Made by a program: the position numbers and the translations under genes. This document shows positions 51,786 through 64,000 of a stretch of DNA of 64,000 nt, one piece after another. The stretch's first letter is position 1. Each line of letters opens with the position of its first letter. The stretch spans positions 36,890,001-36,954,000 of the forward strand of contig NC_043006.1 of assembly GCF_006345805.1 (NCBI RefSeq), given 5' to 3'. The notes below the pieces were generated by a model, which ran no database searches, was not told the origin of the DNA, and saw nothing but the letters and a program-made list of their open reading frames with translations. Origin of the DNA: Octopus sinensis. Taxonomy: Eukaryota.

Positions 51786-52699
51786 CATACATACATATAT
51801 AGTGCATTATAAGCATATACACACATGGAAGATTAATTTCTTTCTCAAATAGAAGCCACGAATATTTTTTATTTAGCATTTTCAATTTTATTTATTATTG
51901 TTGTGATTCTAATTTCTTGTTTATTCAAAAAATCTTCCAAAGTAAAAGAATTCCCCCCCACTTTTTTTTCGTTATTTCAGACAAGTAGATGAGATATAAG
52001 AAAGACTAAATAACAATAAAGGATTTCTATTATATCTCACATGTAAACAGTGTATGGATGGTGGGTTAGATGGAAGGGGGTGGAGGGCAGTCGACCAGGA
52101 TTTGACTTTCAGTTAGGATCTAGAGGAACCCCACCCCCTTCTCCCTTATTCAAATAAATCAGGCTCTGACACCGATTGGTTGAAATGTGTGTGTGTGTAT
52201 GTGTGTGCGTGTAAGTTTGTGTGTGCATGTAATAGATATGTGCGTGTAAGGTATGTGCGTGTGTTTGTACATTTATAATTTAAAGAACAAATGCGAAAAA
52301 AAAAAGAAAGATATTAAATAAAAGAAATAACGAGGATGTGAAGAATGAGAACTACGAAAAAATAATGATGATGATGTTCTCTTCAAACCAAACTACTAGA
52401 AGGAATGACGGAAAGGCTGAAGACTTAAAGACTTGTCATAACGATGTAGTTTCTTTTCTTGAATCCCCCCCCTCTCTAAATATTACAACATACACCTTTC
52501 TTACTTTTTGTCTTTTCCCTGCTTTTCTTTTCTTTGAATGAAGCTGATATTTAGGTCAAACACATTGTGTGTGCGTTTGCCTATACGGAATATGTGTTAG
52601 ATATTATCGTACTTGTTTGAATATTTATACGTATTAATTAAATTCCATGCAACAATTTATTAGAGAGAGAGAGAGAGGAGTGAAAGCGGGGAAGAAGAG

Positions 52700-54200
52700 A
52701 GAGGGGCTCATAGCAACAGAGACAATCAAGCGTACGCGCACACGAACAGACAGACAGGTAAATTCGCATAACACGAACACTCACATACATATATAGGAGA
52801 CAAATACATTTACACATACACACACATTTACACAGACAGACAATTAGACGCTTATAGACAGACGCTTCACACTGACAGGCACTGAATGACAGAAGGACCG
52901 ACATTCTGCAGTTTATTATTATTCAAAGTTAGTTACTGAGATCACTTGTTTGCCGTTACTTTTGTATACGTAGTTCAGTTAGTCGGATCCTAGGTTCAAA
53001 TAATCACAGTGCACCGAGAATATCTGTTTCGAGTCGGAACAAGTCAAATTATATTTATATATATAATAGGCTTCTCTTACCGACAAAAATGTCGCAAAAC
53101 TTGACTTAAAAATGACTCAACATATTTTATCGGGTGGTGTTACTAAAGTTAAACACGGCCTGGGCGAATCTTTGGCCGAAACTTACCCTATTTGATGGCA
53201 TACACAAGACACACGGGGTATATTTGATGCACCCTGATTTCAAGAGAACACGTTCAGTAAAAAAAAGTGAGCGCCAGTTACAAAATTAGCCTATGGGAAA
53301 TCAAACTTCGTATAGAAGACCCTGAGGGGCGTTTTGAAGTTTTGGGGGAGTGGTGCATTTTATAAGCCAGAGGACTCCAACCATCGGGCCAGGCAGTGGA
53401 TCATCTGGAACCGGGCAGCACAGAAAGAATAAATTTTAAAATTATACAGGCTGCGAGCTTGCAGGATATTTTTGCGTTGTATATGTAATAATTTATATAT
53501 TATGCATTTTTTGCGTTGTTACGAGCGTGGTTTCCCAGTCCGTGGTGCAAAAGTAGTCGGGAACCATTGATAAGCTATCAAATACGGTAGTTAAATATAG
53601 CCAGTTTATTATTTACAAAGTGATTGAAGTTGAAGTGTAAAAGTTCAGCTTGCAAAGAGAGGAGAGAGTGTGAGACAGCAAATAATAGAAATAGAAAAAC
53701 AAAGGTAGAGAGACAAACTGGCAGACAAAGTAAGATAGTCGGACACAGGGTCTGGGAGAGATGGGGGTATAAAAAGCAAGAAATTTTTACATAAGCTTTC
53801 TTACCTCAATTTTTCTATGATTTTGAAATGAACTCAATTTTTCTATGATTTTGAAATGAAATTAAACCAATGGCAGAGACCCAAGAAAACGGTTACTGGT
53901 GGTTACCATTGCCGGGCCCCACCCAATAAAGGAGACGGGTGAGTGAACCCTCCAGTGAGTAGCAGAGTTAGCAGGATCGGTTATTCAGTTACTATCAATC
54001 TAGTTAACGCAAATAATATACCACGTGAAACATTATCACCGACATTGCCAACCAACAATATTATCGACATAGTATCAAGTACTCACACCCTCCACCATCG
54101 TCCTTCCGTTAGGTAAGTTATAGCACTGACTGTGCAACTGTAGCTAGTTTCTAATGTCAAACATTCTAAGAGACAGTCTTAAATATCTGTGTGTGAAATA
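52700..54200. promoter_or_regulatory. Probable TMEM198 promoter / non-coding first exon region
   Basis: CpG content rises abruptly; mostly unique sequence; minus-strand donor GAG|GTAAGA at 53805/53804; Inr-like TCATTCAGT on minus near 52885; plus-strand donor AG|GTAAGT at 54112/54113. Confidence 0.45.
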
Positions 54201-55576
54201 TCTGTCCCTAAACACATTTCAGCAAAAATATTGGGATTTAGTAACTGGTAAAAGAGTACGGCAACTACACGAGTTTCTCTCTTTCTCTATAAATCCCTCC
54301 CGGTTTTTATCGTCTGAACAAACCTACAGACGATTAGAAACTGACTGGAGACAAAGAGAACAGTTAGTGTCGAACGTGCATGCATTATATAATATATATC
54401 ATTGATTTGTTTCAGTCATTGGCATGCGGCCATGCTGGGACACTTTCTTGAAGGGTTTAATCGAATGAATCGACTCCAGTTTTTTTAAATTTTTTTTTTT
54501 AAGAGTAATACTTATTCTATAGTTCTTTACATTACAGGGACGTAGACAAACCAGCAGCGGTTGTCAAGTGGTGGTGGACACACACACATACACGATGGGC
54601 TTCCTTCATTTTCCACCTACGAAATCCACTCACACGACTTTCGTCTGCACGGGACTCGGGGACCGAACACGGAACCACGTAGATGAGAAGCAAACTTCTT
54701 ACCATGTGTATCCCTCTGTCTGTCTGTCTGTCTGTCTAATTCGCATATACATCCATATATGCTTCGCTGTGGAAGTCCACTAAAAAATTCCTGTTCCCTT
54801 CACAGTATGTTTCTAATCATATATTAAAAGCTCACTACATAAAATGTTAACACTACCTTAGCTACTGCTTTACACGAGGACGGTGGGATTGAATAATTTA
54901 ATTCCAGCGATTTTTTTTTTTATTTAAAAAAAATTTTTTTGATTTTTTGATTATTATTTATGTATGTATGTATGTAAATAAACGCGCGCGCACGTGCCGG
55001 CGGTCAGTAGGAAAAGTAATGGTGACCCATTCAGTCTTGTGAGAAATTGCAGGAGATGGAGGCCCGAATTTTTGTCACAGAATAAGCATCACTCAAGGCA
55101 TCCAAGGACCGAGTGGTGATATTGAAGAAACTATTTTGCAGGGGTTTAAATTTTACTCAACCAAAACTGCAATGATAAAAATTATATTTAAAAAAAATCA
55201 AAACCTGTGAGAAAAAAAAAGCTAAGAAGGACTCCATTCCCCCTCACTGCACACTTCATGGTTGACTGGTTACCATTTAGACCATTCAATTCACACTTCA
55301 TTACACACAGACACATTTTTCTTGCAGATGTTCAGGCTGGGCTTCAGTCACTCTAAAAGCCATGACTCTTAAGATGATTATTGCCTTTCATTCAAAATGT
55401 TTCACACACACAACACACACAGTTGTGTAGGACTAACCATGTGCGTGTGTGTGTATAAATACACGTAACACTACCAGGAGGAGCGAGAGGTGAGGCACAA
55501 GCCTAAATTAAAACCTAGCCTCTCCAGCTAAATATTCATGTCCCATGCAACAGAAGCTGTACATCAAGGATTGGGA

Positions 55577-55947
55577 GGGCTGTGTGGTAAGTAGCTTGCT
55601 TTCCAACTACATGGTTCCGGGTTAAGTCCCACTGCGTGGCACTTTGGGCAAGTGTCTTCTACTATTGCCTTGGATCGACCAAAGCCTTGTGAGTGGATTT
55701 CGTAGACGAAAACTGAAAGAAGCCCGCCGTATATATGTATGTATGTAAGTATTTGTGTGTCTATCCTCCCGCCACCGCTTGACAACAGATGTTGGCATGT
55801 TTACGTCCCCGTAACATAGCGGTTCGGCTAAAATAACCGATAGAATAAGTACTAGGCTTACTAAGAATAAGTCCTGGGGTCGATTTGTTCGATTAAAATC
55901 TTTTACGGCTGTGCTCCAGCATGGCCGCAGTCAAATGACTGAAACAA
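55577..55947 (+). mobile_element. tRNA-derived SINE family A (CORE-like CCTTGGGCAAGT domain), well-preserved copy; many more copies, e.g. 24905-25282(-), 29690-30060, 49082-49430, 50010-50375, 56205-56545, 61447-61795(-)
   Basis: A/B-box-like head GGCTGTGTGGTAAG...GGTTCCGGGTT.AGTCCC, internal microsatellite, tail CCAGCATGGCCGCAGTC...TGACTGAAAC. Confidence 0.85.
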
Positions 55948-57348
55948 AAGAGTATAATACAAGTCCTGCTGTCTTGTGGGTAGTTAGTCCAAGAAGACAA
56001 AAGCTAGGAGAGAGCACATCCCAAGAAAATAAGCGGCAGCACTCAGCTTTAAGATCGTGTACCCACGACAAACTGAATTTCTGCAGCTGGGAGAAGGTTC
56101 TGGTTACCTTCGGTCTCCTATACCATAGGGTCCAGATGATACTTTCAGCCCCAATAATACTTCACTGACTTGGTAGTTTTTTTCTTATTTTATTTTATTT
56201 TAATTGCTTCCCAATCGCATGATTCCAGGTTCAGTCCCACTGCGTGGCACCCTTGGTAACCGTCATCTATTATAGCCTCGGGCCGACCAAAGCCTTTGGA
56301 GTGGATTCTGTAGACAGAAACTGAAAAAAGCCCGTCATGTATATAAACGTGCGTGTGCGCGTGAGTATGTGTGACCATCGATTGGCAAACGGTGATGGTC
56401 TGTTTACGTTCCCGTGACTTCGCGGTTCTGTAAAAATAAGTATCGATGATAAAAAAAAAGTACTAGGGCCGATTCGATCGATTAAAAACTCCTCGATACG
56501 GTGCCCCAGCATGGCCGCAGTCTAATGACAGACAAGTAAAAGATAAACCATAATAGCAAAGTTTTTGTACCTTGTGTGGGTCATTAAGATAAACACATGC
56601 TGGTTCTATTTAATTTATTATTACTACCAATTAAACAATTAACTAATCAATAAATTGATCGAGTGATTGGTTAATCAAACAAAACAAGTTTGATTAATCA
56701 ATCAAATGGTTAATTAGATAACTAGTTAACTATAATAATTTTTTCTAAATTTTGGCAGAAGGCCGGCAATTTTGAGAAGTGGGTTGTGGATTACACTGAC
56801 CCCCCAGTACTCAACTGGTACTTATTTTATCAACCCCGAAAGGTTGAAAAGCCAAGTCAACCTTGGTGGCATCTGAACTCTGAGTGTAAAACTTGAATGA
56901 AATGCCACTTCGCATTTTGCGGTCGCCTTAACCATTTAATAATAAAACGAGTGCGTGAGATATATTTTGCTAAGAGAGAAAGAGATGAAAAAATATTTGA
57001 TACATAATGTAGCAGAGCATATTCAGATTGAGGGTGGGGGGTGGAAGCTGAGCTTTGAATAAACAAACGAATACACATCACCGTCCTCGTCATTATCATC
57101 AGTTGATGCCTGTTTTCCCCTGCTGGTATGAGTCGTATGGGGTCCCTCTTGTTGCGACACAGCAAAGAAGAAAAGAAAACTGCAAATCCTTTGTTATTGC
57201 ATATGTCATTTTTGTTTAGTTTGGGACTTTTTTTTCCGGCTGGATGTCCGTTTTACAGGATGCACTGGGTACATTTTATCATACATACAGAACGCTGACT
57301 AAAAAGATACTTAGAAAACAATATCTGCGAATTGAATGTGCTGCTGCT

Positions 57349-57351
<3 letters not shown>

Positions 57352-57413
<62 letters not shown>

Positions 57414-57470
57414 TAATAATAATAATAATAATGATAATAATAATAATAATAATAATAAATTAAAATAATA
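57352..57470. repeat. (AAT)n microsatellite, ~35 units
   Basis: Directly visible. Confidence 0.97.
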
Positions 57471-58520
57471 ATCCTTTCTATTAAAGGTGCAAAGCCTCAA
57501 AATTGGCGGGAAGGAACTAGTTGAGTACATCGACCCCAGTGTTTCACTGGCATTTAATTTATCGACCCCGAAAGGATGAAAGGCAAAGTCGACCTCGGCA
57601 GAATTTTAACTCAGAACGTAAAGACGGACAAAAAACATTTTTCCTTTACTACCCACAAGGGGCTAAATACAGAAGGGACAAACAAGGACAGACAAACGGA
57701 TTAAGTCGATTACATCGATCCCAGTGCGTCACTGGTACTTAATTTATCGACCCCGAAAGGATGAAAGGCAAAGTCGACCTCGGGGGAATTTGAACTCAGA
57801 ACGCAGCGGCGGACGAAAAAGCATTTCGCCCGGCGTGCTAACGTTTCTGCCAGCTAGCCAATAATAATCACAACAACAACAATAATAATGATTTCAAATT
57901 CTGGCACAAGGATAATAATGTCGGGGTGAGGGGGTAAGCCGATTACATCGACCCCAGTGCTCAACCGATACTTATTTTATCAACTCCCGAAAGGATGAAA
58001 GGCAAAGTCGACCTCGGCGGAATTTGAACTCAGAACGTCAAGACAAACGAAATGTCACTAAGCACTTTGTCCGGCGTGCTAACGATTCTGCCAGTTCAAT
58101 AATACTTTCTACTATAAGCACTAAGACTTCAATTTTGGACAGGGGGCTAATCGATTACATCGACTTCTGTACTCGACTGGTACTTATTTTATCGAAGGAC
58201 AAAATCGACCTCAGCGCTATCTTGAACTCAGAACGTAAAGCCAGAAGAAATGCGGTTAAGCATTTTCTTTCCCGATACTTTAATGATTCTGCCAGCGCGT
58301 CGCCGTCTTAATAACAATGGTTTCAAATTTTGGCAAAAGGTCAGCAAGTTTAGCGGGTGGAGCATGTCGATTCCAATGATTGCTCCCAATCCCCCAGTAC
58401 TTATTTTATCACCCCCGATCCCCCAAAAGTATAAATGGCAGGGTCGACCTTGGCGGAATTTGAACTCAGAATGTATGAAGGCGGAAGAAACGCTACTGAG
58501 CATTTTATCCGGCATGCTAA
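57470..58520 (-). mobile_element. Head-to-tail cluster of ~5-6 SINE family B copies with (AAT)n spacers
   Basis: Repeated ATCGACCCCGAAAGGATGAAAGGCAAAGTCGACCTCGGCGGAATTTGAACTCAGAACG; tRNA-like head on the minus strand. Confidence 0.85.
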
Positions 58521-61500
58521 CCATTTTGTGATAGACAAAATATCTGAAATGTCATCATGGGTATATTTTAATTCTTTGCGATGTGTATGTGTGTGTGGGG
58601 GGGGGGGGGTGCGATGTGACTCCCACAGTTTTCTGTGTCATTTAAAATATATGTTAGTTATTTAGTAAAATGTTTAAATTTGCCTTCTAACATTCAGAAC
58701 ATCCGGTTACAACCAACACAGTACACAAGCAGTATTATGTGCATGCATGCACGCACAAACACAACGAAGATGCTAGTTGATTGCAATTAAAATCTCCTCA
58801 AAGAGTTGACACCAATTTACCACTGAAAGAAGCAAAAATGGGAAAAGTCACTTTGGCATTCAAAGTAACCAGCTCAAAACGATCCAACGAAAAAGACTCC
58901 CTTTACTGCGTGGTCTTTCGATCTGCTAGAAATATTAGGCAAATCTCTCTCAAATAAGTATACCGTCTTTTAAAAAAATCATATTAGATAATGTAGTCCA
59001 CGTCCTAAAAGACATGATGGTCATGGCTTGAACGCTTTTGCTCATAAATCTATTCGATCAGGGTTGACCTCGAGTAAATAACAATATTCTCATCAAAGAA
59101 ACTGAAGGAATGGTCGTTCTGCCACTTAATATTACGAAATTAAACATCACATTCCAAAACTTAGGAGATATATTTTTACAACCTAGTTTATTACGTGACA
59201 TCAAAATAGGTAGAATTAAATATTTATCCCCAAGTCAAAAATGACCTGGATACGGATTGATGTTTTTTCTCTTTTCTTTTCAGATAATATTTTGCCTGGC
59301 TACAATTTTTCTTTTTTTTTTTTCCTTCTTGCACAGAGGAGAGAGACAGACAGATGAGAAATATCAGAAAGTGTAAAAATGAAAGTGGCTCCAAATTTTC
59401 AAAAGACTTTCTGGGGCTGTGCTTAACTCAGGTTTCATAGCGAATATGCACAGGAGATAAAATTCCTCTGGATAGGCTGGCCATCAACTAAAAACCAATC
59501 TCCGGTAAAACTGAGGGCAGTCTATGTCAGCCAAAAGGAAAATAATAATAATAATGATGATGTACGCAAATTTAAGTAAGCTCATGTGCCATGGAAGTAG
59601 GAAGGAGGCAAAAATCCAACGTTCCATGCTTAGCCCTTTACTGGGAGCCTTTAAGAGCTGCAATTTGGCCCCAGTGAGCCAGTGATAAACGGTTAAGAGA
59701 TAACTATCATTCCAAACATTCCGCTAGGATCTAGTACCTGTTTTTGATAAAGAACTTTGCAGGAAATGTCAAGATTCTTGACTCCCTCCGTCATAATAAA
59801 CCTTATTTAAATTTTGCGAACTTTACTGCTTGTAAATCAAGGCATCATAAGTTACAGCACGACACATACACGCACGCACGTTTGTTTGTGTGTGTCTTTG
59901 TGTTTGTGTGTTAGTCCAAGACTATATCTAATCCATTGTTTCACTTCTAAATGTTAGACGTGTTTCAGAAAGAGGTCAGTTGTAGTCTCTTGAGAGAAAC
60001 TGATTGTGCAACGTTATCTACTCTGAACCGTACAGCGCATACAGAGCATTTGCATAGCTTACGTGTCCGCACACCAACTAGTTCTTGAACCTGACTGAAG
60101 GCCGGTATGGAAAGTGACCAGATGGCAATGACAAGACATAAATTTGGATACCAAGAAATACACGAAAAGTGAATTTAACAGGTGTTGTGTGTTGGCTGAA
60201 GTTAAAGCTTCATGTAATGTAAACGCTGTCTTCAAAGCTCAAAAGAGAAAACACAGAAATAAAGGAGACAAAAAAAATCAAACAATGGGTTGGTAACTGC
60301 ATGAAACCACGTTCGGTGTTAACGTTCTTTTGAGAGGAAACTTCGAAACGGATCTCAGCTGAGGTGGTTTGGAAATGCTATTTGGCCACACAGTAGTAGC
60401 ATAACTAGGGAAGCAATGGGGATAGTCTGTCCCGGGCAACGTTTTTACGGAGGCGGAGGAAAACTCGAGGGCCACTCGGGATGCACACACACTGGTGCTT
60501 GGAAATGCTAGTTGGCGCACTATTCGTCATTTGTCTTCTACCTTAATCATAGCCCACTCCTCAACAACGAGAATTTGTGGAAACTACAACTTCAACCTAT
60601 TACAGAGACAAGTCAATGATAGAACATCTATAGTAGTAGTTCTCCACTGGGGTCCATATAAGGTTTTATTGTTAAAATTTATGTGAAATAAATTGTTTAT
60701 ACCTCTACAAACACATTTTAATAATTTTTTTATACGGTTCCGAATAAGATTTAATTACGTAAAAAAAAGTTTTTTAAACGTCCACTGATCTATATAGTCG
60801 CTTGACCTGTCAGAAATAGCAGGAAAATTCCCTTAAATAACACAAAGACACATTAAACAAAGTATTTGATTATAGGTCTGCTCAATCGGGATTGATCTGA
60901 GGATACAAGGAGGCAGAGTGATCAACCCAAATTGTAAGAAACAACAGTCGAATCATATCCATTCGCCTTCAATATACAAAGAACACATTAGATAATACAG
61001 TCATTAGCCTGAAAAAGACAGGATGAACATGGATGGAAAACTTCCGATCATTGACTGTTCGGTCATGAATGACCGGTGGCGGGGCTAAACAATATCAAAT
61101 ATATAGTTTGCAAAAACCCATATAGGCACACGAATGAAATCATACATTTGTTCAAAATCTATCTTCAAAGCTGAAGAAAAAAAAAAAAACGCATAAGTCA
61201 AACAGTTTTCTGCTAATACTGCTTGCGACACTGTATGTCACTTTAAAAATCATACATTATTTCGATATATGCTGATAGATGAACACACGCTGCTAGACAT
61301 TTTTCGCCTACTGCTGCTATATTTTTTATATAACACAAAACATCTCTACGAGATACTTTCTCGAGACGAATACTGCAGTTTCCATGCTTTATACAGTCTA
61401 TCTGCGTTAAGTATGATATACAGAACGATTCTCTCTCTCTCTCTAGAGCACCGCCTTTAGTCGAGCAAATCGACCCCAGGATTATTCTTTATAAGCCTAG

Positions 61501-61870
61501 TACTTATTCTAGCGGTCTCTTTTGCCGAACTGCTAAGTTACAGGGACGTAAACACACCAGTATCGGTTGTGAAGTGATGCTGGGGGGAAAACACAGACAC
61601 AAACATATACACACCCATTTGTTTATAAATATATATGACAGGCTTCTTTCAGTGTTTGTCTACCAAATCCACTCACACGGCTTTGGTTGGCCCGATGCTA
61701 TAGACACTTGCCCAAGGTACTACGCAGTGGGACTGAACCAGGAGCCATATGGTTGATAAGCAAGCGTGTTACCACACAGTCACTCCTGCGCCTGCCTATA
61801 TATATATATATATATATATAGATAGTATTACATATCCTTTTACCTTAATGCTACACACACACACACGTGT

Positions 61871-61902
<32 letters not shown>

Positions 61903-62362
61903 ATTGCACTCATGATACATGTATTAATGATTTTTACATTCATTTCTACATATAATGTGTAATTGTAATACGGTTGTATCATGAGCAGAAGTCTGATTGT
62001 TCAACAGAATTCCACTCTTTACAAGAGTAAAGAGCAGATTCACCTGTAAAAACAATTGCTTCAGTTACATACTCATGGAAGACACTCTAATTCGTCTGTC
62101 GGCCTGTTAGAAATAGCAGCCAAATTTTCTTCAAACTACACCCCACTATCTTGAAAGAGAGAGAACACGTTGAAAAGTGAAAATCCAGATATTGTAAAAG
62201 ACAAGCTTGGTCAATGGTTTGAAAGCTGTCGGTAAATCTGATCGGTCGGGCATGAATTAGGGCACAAAAAGGAAAAAGAAAGTGCTTCAACTTTATGCAA
62301 ACATTCAAAATTTGTATGATTTATGGAGAATGAATGGGAGGGAGGGGGAGAGAGAGAGAGAG

Positions 62363-62404
<42 letters not shown>

Positions 62405-64000
62405 TGGACACGCGTGCCTAGACGAAGAAAGGTAAAAGAACTTCACAAAAATAAGTTCAGAAAATGATGTTGCCAACATGCTTTGAAATTCCATCTTTAT
62501 GTATTCTGATCAGACTGTCTGTCTCTTTCTCTTTGCAATGCATACACATGCACGCCTATGCACACAAACAAGCGCACATACTTGCTCCCATCAACCCCAT
62601 ACACGTGCGAGCGAGCGAGCACACAAGAGCCCCATACGTGCAGAATAAATCTATGCACATAACTAGTTCTGTGCACAATAGGTGTGTGTGTGTGTGTGCA
62701 GAGAGAAAAAGAGAGAATGTGTGTGTGTGTGTGTACACAGGTGTATAACACATCACACCAACACCCCTCCTACAGACCCCACAGCTTACAACACCATATA
62801 CCGTTAAATAAATAAATAAAATTTCACTAATTTTCCCCAAATGTATATAAAAAAAAATAAACCGTCACAAATAGCAAACCCAATTCGGTTAAAACATAAA
62901 ACCCCTTTTCTACTCTCCCTTAAAAATAAAAATAACCCACTTCAAGTACGACGATGACAATACCAGAAGATTCCCCCACCCACCGTCTACACTTCCATCC
63001 TTACCGTCATCTCCTAAAAAAAAAACCCTTAATTTATGAAACATGATTACAGGCCAGGTGAATGTTTTCGATGACATCATTTTGAAATATAAACAGCATA
63101 GCCTTGTTAGCATGTGTCTAACCTTAAACTCTGTGTGTGTGTGTGTTCCTGGTGGTGGTGGTGGTGGAGGAGGTCTCTTAGCTTGTACCCCCTCTACATA
63201 CACACTCCTTAAACCGCCCTCTTCCTCTTTTCTCTCTCTCCCTCACACATACATATATATATATACCTCTATGTTTACCTTTTATTAGAAACATGAGCTC
63301 AGCTTGCAACCATTTCGGTGTTGATGCATCAGAAAAGCCAAGAGATGCTGTTATAGATTGAGAGAGAGAGAGAGAGAGGAGCTAATAAAAGACGAGTGAG
63401 GCAGGTAAAAAGAAACGGTGATGGGAAGAGGTGGTAGGTAAGAGAAGTGAGGTCAGAGGTGGGTGTAGCGGTAGGGGGGGAACTGAAAGAGTGAGAAAAG
63501 GGGAGTGTGATGACGGAGTGACTGTAAGGTAGAGACGGATGGATTGCAGAGAAGGGGAGGAGAAGGAGAAATAAAAAAAATAATATAGGGGGTGAGGGGT
63601 GGAGTGGGCAGTAAAGAAAGTAATGAAAGTAGGTGGAAGAAAGAGCAAATGGAGGGGGTGGGGTGAGATGGGACAAAAGATTTTTAAAAAAATGTGATAT
63701 TAGCAAGCAGAGAGGAGGTGAGGTATGTGTGGGGGAAACCAACGTGACACTTCAAGAGCCTCGATGGGAGACAATACCAGTGGGGACCAGTTGCCCGTAT
63801 CCCTCCCATCCACCTCATCCAGTTAACTCTAAACCCAGATGTTGGAATGAAGGAAAAAGTATGCTGCTAGCTTTAAGCCTGCCTAATTCCGGAGCTGTTA
63901 TTGTTGCTGCCAGTTGCTGTTCATATGTGCACATTCTCGTAGTAGCAGAGGGCGGGAAACATTATCAGATTGTGGAATTGGTTAGACGTTGGAGTGAGCA

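Noticed and set aside
59990-60560. CpG-rich unique block with short ORFs
   Set aside because: No recognisable protein or convincing splice pair; may be an old retroelement fragment

Overview
AT-rich, microsatellite- and SINE/MITE-laden eukaryotic genomic DNA. The repeat families look like coleoid cephalopod (probably Octopus) DNA; this is an inference from recalled repeats, not a search. The window holds one complete minus-strand gene, TMEM198 (DUF4203 multi-pass membrane protein). I assembled it by hand with canonical GT-AG junctions and matching phases: CDS exons 47533-47329, 42317-41754, 15487-15357 and 650-531 (339 aa), plus a probable symmetric 63-nt cassette exon at 31819-31757 and a probable promoter/5'UTR region at about 52.7-54.2 kb. 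The most unusual element lies on the same strand inside the long TMEM198 intron: a ~3.1 kb ORF (24154-20981) built from roughly 80 copies of a 30-bp unit encoding GTDVDQSSYS, with no indel across the core array. It has strongly diverged but still periodic ends and a second overlapping open frame. It is either a nested gene or a giant alternative exon. Other signals include a minimal hammerhead-ribozyme-like motif, several long intronic fold-back hairpins, a ~780-bp purine/pyrimidine-alternating satellite inside inverted repeats, two uORFs, and a CpG-decay boundary that appears to mark gene-body methylation. Most short ORFs in the track are microsatellite or SINE artefacts. Repeat boundaries are approximate.
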